DNA of 64,000 nt from a virus (lineage: Duplodnaviria; Caudoviricetes), in the IMG/VR virus record IMGVR_UViG_3300014205_000015, positions 1-64,000 of that record, one strand, 5' to 3'. This document shows, in pieces, positions 26,398-33,420 of this stretch. The notes below the pieces were generated by a model, which did no database searches, was not told where the DNA came from, and worked only from the letters and a program-made list of their open reading frames with translations. Position 1 is the stretch's first letter, and the number at the start of each line of letters is the position of its first letter. A program made the position numbers and the translations under genes.

Positions 26398-26751
26398 GTG
26401 ATTGTGAACGAAAGCGATGATGGAGTTACGAGAGCTGAAAACATCCCTCAGGACGCAATGCAGTACATGGTCCTCCGTGGATGGATGGTTGAGAGTTTAA
26501 CTCGCGACGATTCCACGGTTCCACCAACACTGTACTACACTCTAAGGAGGAGTGATTCCATAGACTTGATGGACGTATTGCGAGACATGACAGCAGAGCT
26601 TCTGGATATGCTCAAGCGGTTTGCAGCCCACGGCGAGCAGTTGTGGGATGACGAAAACTTCCGGCAAGGCTACAAAAAGGTTTCTAGCGGCGATCTTGTC
26701 GATTGCCGGAATTTGTTGCGGAAGTTCGGTGTCACAGAATTCAACGAATGA
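26398..26751 (+). CDS. hypothetical protein
   Basis: GGGAG RBS. Confidence 0.6.
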   Translation: MIVNESDDGVTRAENIPQDAMQYMVLRGWMVESLTRDDSTVPPTLYYTLRRSDSIDLMDVLRDMTAELLDMLKRFAAHGEQLWDDENFRQGYKKVSSGDLVDCRNLLRKFGVTEFNE

Positions 26752-26759
26752 GGTGGAAG

Positions 26760-27071
26760 ATGAGAGGTTTACTGTTCCTGATGGCGATTCTGTTTGCAGC
26801 GCCCTGCTACTCCCAAGACAGTTACAACTACCGGGGAGGCTATGAACGGTTTGGTAGTCCCACGGCGAGATGGAGTACGAATCCACCCCGACTGTACTCA
26901 AGTGATGGGACGTATCTCGGGGAACTGAGTCAGAACAGGTATCGGGCTGACAGCGTGTCGAACCCCTATTCACGTTTCGGAAGCAGGTACAGCCCTGACT
27001 CAATCAACAATGTCCACGGACCTTACGGTAGGTATCGCACGCAGCCGATTTACGTTTATCCAAGGTGGTGA
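26760..27071 (+). CDS. secreted Tyr/Gly/Ser-rich small protein
   Basis: Signal peptide MRGLLFLMAILFAAPCYS; repeated SNPY/SRYSPDSINN motifs. Confidence 0.75.
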   Translation: MRGLLFLMAILFAAPCYSQDSYNYRGGYERFGSPTARWSTNPPRLYSSDGTYLGELSQNRYRADSVSNPYSRFGSRYSPDSINNVHGPYGRYRTQPIYVYPRW

Positions 27072-27077
27072 GCTATT

Positions 27078-27350
27078 ATGGTAAGTGGCGAACGGATTAT
27101 TGGCGGGAACATACAGTTCAGGCGTTTTGCGTACCTGCACAAACGGGATCGCAGTAAGTTCGGCTTGCTGGACGCGGTTGATTATCGGAACGCATGCGAT
27201 CATCTTGGCAGTGGCTATTACATTCGGACGACGTGGCTCACGTTAGAGGAAGAACACGCCCAAGGCTCAGATTGTGATCGTCGGAGGGAGATAGTCTCAT
27301 CGATATTTATGAATCCGGCATCAGTCGCATTTGTCGGTCGTGCTGAGTAA
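27078..27350 (+). CDS. hypothetical protein
   Basis: Operon position. Confidence 0.55.
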   Translation: MVSGERIIGGNIQFRRFAYLHKRDRSKFGLLDAVDYRNACDHLGSGYYIRTTWLTLEEEHAQGSDCDRRREIVSSIFMNPASVAFVGRAE

Positions 27351-27519
27351 TGAGCCAACCAAATCGCTACGAAGAAGAAACCACGGACTACCGCAGAGGA
27401 TTCGTGGAAGGACAAGCAGGCGAACGAGACGTTTACCTGCTCTACACTGGATGTACTGACGTGGAATAATACTGCCGTGGTTACTTGGATGGGATATTGG
27501 AACAGAAACAGGAGCCAAA

Positions 27520-27990
27520 ATGAGCGAACGATGGGACAATCATTTCTTGCGATTGTGTCAGGACCATGCAAGGATGTCGAAAGACCCAAGCACACGAGTT
27601 GGCGCTGTAATAGTCGGACCTGACGGGGAAATTAGGTCGGCTGGATTCAACGGTTTCCCACGCGGAATTCTCGATAGCGACGAACGCCTGAACGACCGAG
27701 ACACAAAGCTAAAGCTGATGGTCCACGGGGAAATGAACGCGATTTTAGCAGCTGCGAGAGTTGGGACGCCGGTGAAGGGATGCACGCTGTACCTCGCGGC
27801 TACTGATTCATCGGGGATTGTGTGGGGCGGTCCTCCGTGTGTGCGCTGTACAGTTGAAGTAATTCAGGCAGGCATAACAGAAGTGGTGTCTTACCCCAAA
27901 CGCAGTGTTCCATCAAAATGGCATGAGGATTTGGCAATGGCTGAAACTCTTTTACGTGAAGCGGGGATTGGTTACAGATGCGTCGATTAG
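27520..27990 (+). CDS. dCMP deaminase (ComEB-like zinc deaminase)
   Basis: SKDPST.VGAVIV, GFNGFPRG, HGEMNAI, PCVRC. Confidence 0.92.
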   Translation: MSERWDNHFLRLCQDHARMSKDPSTRVGAVIVGPDGEIRSAGFNGFPRGILDSDERLNDRDTKLKLMVHGEMNAILAAARVGTPVKGCTLYLAATDSSGIVWGGPPCVRCTVEVIQAGITEVVSYPKRSVPSKWHEDLAMAETLLREAGIGYRCVD

Positions 27991-28277
27991 AAATCAAACC
28001 CGGAGAAACCTACGGCGACCTCAAAATCATCAAGGAAGTCGAATCCAGGGGCAAACGTCACTTTTTATGCCAGTGTGCCTGTGGCGGAAGTCCGTCAGTT
28101 CACCGACTGGGGCACTTACGCTCAGGTCACGCCACGACATGCGGTCGCTGTGGTTTCGAATTTGAGGGACAGCGGAAGACAATCGCAGATTGGGCGGAAT
28201 TGTATGGGCTGAAGGAGTCTACGTTGCGAGCTCGGCTAAAGGTGATGGGCGTTAAAGAGGCACTGGAGCGGACATGA
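27978..28277 (+). CDS. HNH-family derivative lacking the nuclease core (zinc finger fused to HTH)
   Basis: YGDLKII..CQCACG..CGRC joined directly to G.RKTIADWAELYG..STLRARL. Confidence 0.7.
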   Translation: MRRLEIKPGETYGDLKIIKEVESRGKRHFLCQCACGGSPSVHRLGHLRSGHATTCGRCGFEFEGQRKTIADWAELYGLKESTLRARLKVMGVKEALERT

Positions 28278-28657
28278 GCCAAGCCGACGAATACATCCAG
28301 GAAGCACTGGAGCTAGCAGAGGACAATGCTGGTGACCGCTGCCCGCTGTCGTCCGATGCGTGTGGTGCATACTTCGAGCAGATACGGGACTTGTTACGGA
28401 AGGTGAGCGAAAACGCCGGACAGAACGTGAGCCAAGCCGATTCCGAGGAAATGCACACTGCCCTAGAGCAGATAGCAGCGCTAGCCCATCATGGTGGACT
28501 GATAGGATTCTCGGACGTAGACAAGTGCCTGAGAGAAGTACGGCGGATTTCGTTGAAGTGGTGGGACAAGAGCGAGTGTGCTAGGCTGCAAGAGGAAATA
28601 GACGCAGTTCCACCAGGGTTTTCAGATTCTTCGCACTTTCCTATTGACCCACAGTAG
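28274..28657 (+). CDS. hypothetical protein
   Basis: ATGA-coupled. Confidence 0.65.
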   Translation: MSQADEYIQEALELAEDNAGDRCPLSSDACGAYFEQIRDLLRKVSENAGQNVSQADSEEMHTALEQIAALAHHGGLIGFSDVDKCLREVRRISLKWWDKSECARLQEEIDAVPPGFSDSSHFPIDPQ

Positions 28658-28672
28658 CAAGCTGTATAAAGT
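28644..28672 (+). promoter_or_regulatory. sigma70-like promoter of the repeat-array operon
   Basis: TTGACC-N17-TAAAGT; spacer resembles that of the 26182 promoter. Confidence 0.6.
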
Positions 28673-28783
28673 ATTAAGTGTTGGCTCCCGGAAAAGACTC
28701 AACAATACAAACCGTCGATTTACTGTGCGTTTCTTTCCGGGAGCCAACGCAGTGATTCGGCGGTTTTTTATTGGAGTGATGCG

Positions 28784-29269
28784 ATGGCTATTGTTGAAAA
28801 AGCAAGAGTGAAATGGGCAGATAAAGAGGCGGCAATTCGGTCGCTCGAGTCTGGCGGTAAAATCGACCCACTGGATTTGATTGAAGCCGCTCGCGATCCT
28901 GAACATCCGTGTCACTCTGATTTCACTTGGGACATCGACCAAGCGGCTGCCGAACGGTGGCGGGATCAAGCCCGTGAGTTGATTCGCTCGTGCAAGTTTG
29001 AAGTGCGAGTGGAAGACGTAGGCAGCAGGGTTTGCATGTACGTTCCATCTGGCGACGAAGATGCAACATTCGTGTCACTACCAAAGATTCGCAGCAAGGC
29101 TCAGGCGTCTGCGGTTGTTCTAGCGGAGGTTGCCATGTTGCTTGGGAATGCTTCTCGGGCATACGGGATAGCGTTGTCGAAAACGAACATTGTTGGCGCT
29201 GACGTTGTTGTTCAGTTGAAAGCGATTCGCGAACTGGTGGCTACGCTGAAGGCTGAGCTAGAGGATTGA
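28784..29269 (+). CDS. accessory protein of the array system (helical, possibly DNA-binding)
   Basis: DLIEAARDPEHPCHSDFTWD...A...ARELIRS; first gene of the operon, directly followed by array 1. Confidence 0.75.
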   Translation: MAIVEKARVKWADKEAAIRSLESGGKIDPLDLIEAARDPEHPCHSDFTWDIDQAAAERWRDQARELIRSCKFEVRVEDVGSRVCMYVPSGDEDATFVSLPKIRSKAQASAVVLAEVAMLLGNASRAYGIALSKTNIVGADVVVQLKAIRELVATLKAELED

Positions 29270-29275
29270 TTCATT

Positions 29276-29593
29276 GGTCAAGGAATGTCGGGGCGTGGTT
29301 CGGCGTGGTGTTTCAGGTTTCGGTATGCTTGGGCGGTCATGGAGAGGTCGGGCTAGGTGCGCTCTTGCGAGTCGAGTCGAGGCGGTCGAGTCCGTGCGGG
29401 GTGCGGAGTGCTCTGGTTGGGTCGGTCCAGGTTGGGTTCGGCGGTCGCGGTTAGGAATGGCGTGCTGCGGCGAGTCGGGGCTCGTTCCGGTTGGGCGGTC
29501 AAAGTGGGTCAAGGCTTGGTGCGAAGTGGTGCGTCCTGGAAAGGCGGTCGAGGCGGGGATTGGAGTGGCCCGTATTGGTCCGACAAGGCGGTC
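29276..29593 (+). repeat. 5-nt periodic guide-like array 1 (6 units, GGTC-NN-[GGY-NN]n-GGC)
   Basis: Units start at 29276, 29335, 29384, 29443, 29497, 29546; lengths 59, 49, 59, 54, 49, 44 (all 5n+4). Confidence 0.92.
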
Positions 29594-29681
29594 AGAGAGA
29601 GAAGGTTTTTGGTTTGGAGAGTGTTTCTCCAGACTCCTACACAACAGGGGTGTTTCACCCCGCAATTAAGGAGAAGCCATT

Positions 29682-30446
29682 ATGGCAAAAGCATCTGGTG
29701 TTTTGGAAGCGATTGAAGTTGAACCACTACGAGTTGGCAGTATGCAAGTCTGGCTGCGTGGTATCACGCCGCTGATCTGTAATCGATTGGCGGCAAAGGC
29801 ACGGCGCGAGCTGTTGCTTCCGAAGGGACGAAAGTCGACGGCGGAAAAGCAGCAATCGCTGAAGCATGATCCGGTAGCTGAGTTCCGAGACAGCATGAAT
29901 GTGCGATCTGGTGTTGGACCTACACGAGTAGTGTTTCCTGCGCCCGCAGTGAAGGGTTCTATGGCTACTGCCGCGCTGGAGACGAAAGGCACGAACAAAA
30001 CGCAGATTGGTCGTTTGGTTCGTGTGGCTGGTTATTCACTGGATGTCTACGGAATACCAGAATTATTCATGGCTATTGTTCGTTCGGCGGACATGGCTCG
30101 GACGCCCGACGTTCGGACGCGAGCGATCTTGCGCGAGTGGTGCATGCCTGTTACCGTTCAGTACGTCAAGCCGCAGATGTCTGAGCAGGCTATTATGCAA
30201 TTGCTTGCCAACGGCGGAATTATCATCGGAGTAGGTGATTTTCGTCAAGAAAAAGGCAAAGGCGATTTTGGCTGCTACGAGGTCGTCACCGAAGCCGATT
30301 GTAAGGACATTATCAAAAATGGCGGGTTGAAGCAGCAAGACGCTGCGATCAAGACTCCCGTCTGCTTCGACAGTGACACTGAAGAACTTTTAGGCTGGTT
30401 CCAACAGGAAGTTAAAGTTAGAGGAAAGGGAGAACTGGTTGCCTAA
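29682..30446 (+). CDS. Cas7/RAMP-like RNA-binding protein (VIPR-like effector candidate)
   Basis: N-terminal beta strand 'WLRGITPLI', FPAPAVKGS helix, RTRA..W core, C-terminal Gly-rich loop GGIIIGVGDFRQEKGKGDFG; flanked by both arrays. Confidence 0.75.
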   Translation: MAKASGVLEAIEVEPLRVGSMQVWLRGITPLICNRLAAKARRELLLPKGRKSTAEKQQSLKHDPVAEFRDSMNVRSGVGPTRVVFPAPAVKGSMATAALETKGTNKTQIGRLVRVAGYSLDVYGIPELFMAIVRSADMARTPDVRTRAILREWCMPVTVQYVKPQMSEQAIMQLLANGGIIIGVGDFRQEKGKGDFGCYEVVTEADCKDIIKNGGLKQQDAAIKTPVCFDSDTEELLGWFQQEVKVRGKGELVA

Positions 30447-30455
30447 CTGTCAATT

Positions 30456-31106
30456 GGTCGCGGAGAGGTATGGCAACATAAGTCACGGTCCGGCGAGTCA
30501 TGTCCGGGCGGTCATGGAATGGTTGGGCACGGCACCATATGGTATGTCGCGGCTTGGCGTGGCGGTCCCGGTTGGGTCCGGTAAAGCTGGTCGGGGCGGG
30601 GTGTTGCGAGCCCGGGTTTGGCGGTCGGGGTACGGTTCGGCACGGCGGGTCGGAGCATGGAATGTTGCGGCGGTCGCGTCGAGGTGCGGTGCGTTTGGGC
30701 GAGTCCAGGCGCGTCGGGGTATGGTTGGGCGGTCGAGGTGAGGAAAGGCTGCGCTAGTTCAGGCGAGTCATGGCACTGGCGGTCGCGGTATGTCCTGACT
30801 AGTCATGTGAGGAAAGGCGAGGCGGGGCGGTCGAGTCGGGTCTTGGAGAGGTTCGGTCCGTTGCGGTCTGTCCGGGCGGTTTGTCAAAGCTAGGCTGCGC
30901 GTGGCGGTCATGGTGACGAGAGGCTGGGTATGGTACGTCGCGGCGGGTCTGGGGCCGGTGAGGCGGTCAAGATTCGTCAGGTCGCGGACAGGCGGGGCGG
31001 GGTACGCTTAGGCGGGCCTAGTCCTGGCGGTCGCGTCGGGGTCTGGAGTGGCACGGTCGGGCAAGGTGAGTCGAGCTCTGGCGTGGTGAGTATCGGCAAG
31101 CCGGTC
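30456..31106 (+). repeat. 5-nt periodic guide-like array 2 (12 units)
   Basis: Units start at 30456, 30510, 30564, 30623, 30672, 30731, 30781, 30829, 30878, 30906, 30965, 31029; junction GGC-GGTC. Confidence 0.92.
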
Positions 31107-31127
31107 GTGATTGACTGTTAAGAGGTC

Positions 31128-33059
31128 ATGCAGCACAATTGCTGCATGACCTCTCCTTTTTTTGATTTAGTCCCAAAAGACCCAATTGAGAATCTCCGTT
31201 GGCGCATTCGTTGCCGCGAGCGTGCATTGGCTGATAAGCGGTTTCGAGACTCGCTATATCAAGCGTGCATGAGTGATCTTTGTTTCTGGATGGCATTTGC
31301 CTGTTGGGGATACGACCCGCGAGCCCGCTTCAAGATCGTTCCATTTGTACCCTATCCACATCAACAAGCTGTGTTCGTGGCGATGGATGAAGCCATAAGC
31401 ACTGCCGAACGTGAAGAACGATCGGTCGACGTGATCCTGGACAAAAGTCGGGCTCAAGGTGGATCTTTTGGATATCTTTGGGTCGACCTTCGGCGCTGGC
31501 TGCGCGATCCAATGTTTTCAGCAGGTTTTGTTACGAAAAATGAAGATTCGATTGATTCAAAGAGCGACTCATCGACGGTGCTGTGGAAAGTGGCATGGGC
31601 GATTGAGCGATTGCCTTTCTGGATGAAGCCCAATTACGAACGGCATCTTGGTCAGCACACTTTCATTAACAACGACAACGGTTCGTTATTGCGAGGATAC
31701 TCTGCAGGGCAAGACGTGGCAGCCGGTGGCCGTACGACTGTGTTCACAGTGGACGAAGCTGGCGCGAGAGACTTCGTTTCAGGTGGCAAAGACGAAGCGG
31801 TTCAGGAGTCTATTCAAGACGTGTCCAACTGCATTCGCATGGTCTCTGCTCGTTACGTGGATGCAGGTGTCTTTCACGAAGCCTGCGAAAACCCAGACAC
31901 GAAAAAGAACGGTATTCATCTTATACTGGACTGGAAAGACCACCCCGCTCAAAGCAAGCACTCTTACATTGTGCGAGAGGGAATCGCGGTTGCCATAAAG
32001 CCGGAAGATCAAGCGGCGGTCACGGAATACCACCGAAAACACCCTGACCTGCGATCCCGACTGGAAAGAAAAGGATTTAAATTTGAAGTGGTTGTTCGCA
32101 GTCCGTGGTACGACTCTCGATGTTTGCGCCCGACAGCCACCCCGCGACTGATAGCTTCGCAGCTCGACCGCAACCCTCGCGGAGCAGTAGGTAAAGTTTT
32201 CGCATCAGACCTCTTGGACCGCATGAAGCGAGAGCACTGCAAGGGTCCAGTTTGGGTGGGCAATCCAGTATTTGACTCAGAAACCTGCAAACTAACGGGA
32301 TTGATTCCCAGGGATGACGGCTTGCTGAAACTGTGGTTCAAGCCGGGCATCGACAACTCACCGCCGCTGGGACCGTTCACCGCGGGATGCGACATCGCTT
32401 CGGGTGGAGTTGGGGCGTATTCCTCAAACTCGGTCATAACGGCGCTGGACGACAGAACCGGGGAGCAAGTCTTGGAGTACACGGTCAAGGGACTCGAGCC
32501 ACGACCGTTTGCACGCCGGGTGGTTGGGCTGTGCATGTGGCTTAGAAACGCACTGCTTGGCTGGGAGGATTCCGGGGTGTCTGGTGGTTTTGCTAAGGAA
32601 ATCATGGAAGTTCTTTATTATGGTTCCGTGTTCTATCGGGACGTAAACCAGCTCGGTTCCCAGAAGAAAAGCCGCAAGCCTGGCTGGCCGTGCCGTGACG
32701 CAGACAAAGCGGACGATTTTGAGCAAATGGCGCTGGCGATGGAGACTGGGAAGTTCGTTCCGCGTTCCGAGGAAATGATTGTCGAGTGTTCTGAATATGA
32801 GTGGGACGGCACCAAAATCATTCACGCACCGTCGAAAAACAAGGGGGCGGCTGACAAGAATCACGCCGACCGCGCTATAGCAATGGCAGGCTGTTGGAAG
32901 GTCTTTAGCACCGATAATGCAACCCGTAAGATTGACACAGACGTGGAAAACGGTCAGAATCCAGAGTACGGCTCGTTTTTATGGCGAGAGCAGCAAGAGC
33001 GCCGGAACGTGAAAACGGGTAGCCCGAAGTTCGGGATTAGGGACATTATTGGACGCTAA
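31128..33059 (+). CDS. terL: terminase large subunit
   Basis: PYPHQ, Walker A-like KSRAQGGS, Walker B VDEAG, RNase H-like GCDIASG, HADRAIA. Confidence 0.92.
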   Translation: MQHNCCMTSPFFDLVPKDPIENLRWRIRCRERALADKRFRDSLYQACMSDLCFWMAFACWGYDPRARFKIVPFVPYPHQQAVFVAMDEAISTAEREERSVDVILDKSRAQGGSFGYLWVDLRRWLRDPMFSAGFVTKNEDSIDSKSDSSTVLWKVAWAIERLPFWMKPNYERHLGQHTFINNDNGSLLRGYSAGQDVAAGGRTTVFTVDEAGARDFVSGGKDEAVQESIQDVSNCIRMVSARYVDAGVFHEACENPDTKKNGIHLILDWKDHPAQSKHSYIVREGIAVAIKPEDQAAVTEYHRKHPDLRSRLERKGFKFEVVVRSPWYDSRCLRPTATPRLIASQLDRNPRGAVGKVFASDLLDRMKREHCKGPVWVGNPVFDSETCKLTGLIPRDDGLLKLWFKPGIDNSPPLGPFTAGCDIASGGVGAYSSNSVITALDDRTGEQVLEYTVKGLEPRPFARRVVGLCMWLRNALLGWEDSGVSGGFAKEIMEVLYYGSVFYRDVNQLGSQKKSRKPGWPCRDADKADDFEQMALAMETGKFVPRSEEMIVECSEYEWDGTKIIHAPSKNKGAADKNHADRAIAMAGCWKVFSTDNATRKIDTDVENGQNPEYGSFLWREQQERRNVKTGSPKFGIRDIIGR

Positions 33060-33099
33060 AACAATCTATTCCAGCGGTAAAACCTGGAGGGAGAGAACG

Positions 33100-33291
33100 A
33101 TGGAAGAACTGTTTGAAGAGAAGATGAAAGTCGTGTTGGAGCGGCTACGCACGAACAACACTGGCGATGAAGCGCTGAAGTACACGCAGGCATTGGATAA
33201 CCTTGCCCGCGCACGAACCACATGGTTCGCAAACGAGAAATCAGAACCAACGGAAGCAAAAACGACCAAGAAACAAGGGGCCGGCGCGTAA
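33100..33291 (+). CDS. small hypothetical protein
   Basis: GGAGG RBS. Confidence 0.6.
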   Translation: MEELFEEKMKVVLERLRTNNTGDEALKYTQALDNLARARTTWFANEKSEPTEAKTTKKQGAGA

Positions 33292-33365
33292 GGCGTCCGA
33301 CAACAATAAGGGCATAAGACGGAGTAGCTACCGTCCAGAATGCCTCTAACATTCGCAGCCTTAGA

Positions 33366-33410
33366 GGGGTCGCGACGCTGAAAAAGCGTTTCGGCCCCCT
33401 TTTCTTTTTT
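33366..33410 (+). terminator. intrinsic terminator-like hairpin before the portal gene
   Basis: GGGGTCG..ACGC/GCGT..CGGCCCC followed by TTTTTCTTTTTT. Confidence 0.6.
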
Positions 33411-33420
33411 AGGCTGCTAG

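Noticed and set aside
29384-29442. Antisense decode of unit 29384 (EQWRHRTAP) resembling own capsid AQWRNRTFP; weak hits of units 29443 and 29546 to YIVAD and EGIVP
   Set aside because: Only 4-5 dinucleotides match; many such hits are expected by chance in 64 kb
29258-29775. Several ORF-track ORFs over array 1 (G/R/V/W-rich on +, P/T/R-rich on -)
   Set aside because: By-products of the GGY periodicity; no RBS or protein motifs
29276-31106. Calling the arrays CRISPR arrays
   Set aside because: No 23-47-nt identical direct repeats with contiguous spacers and no cas1/cas2; the variable information is interleaved every 5 nt
30439-31121. ORF-track ORFs over array 2
   Set aside because: Same artefact of the periodic repeat
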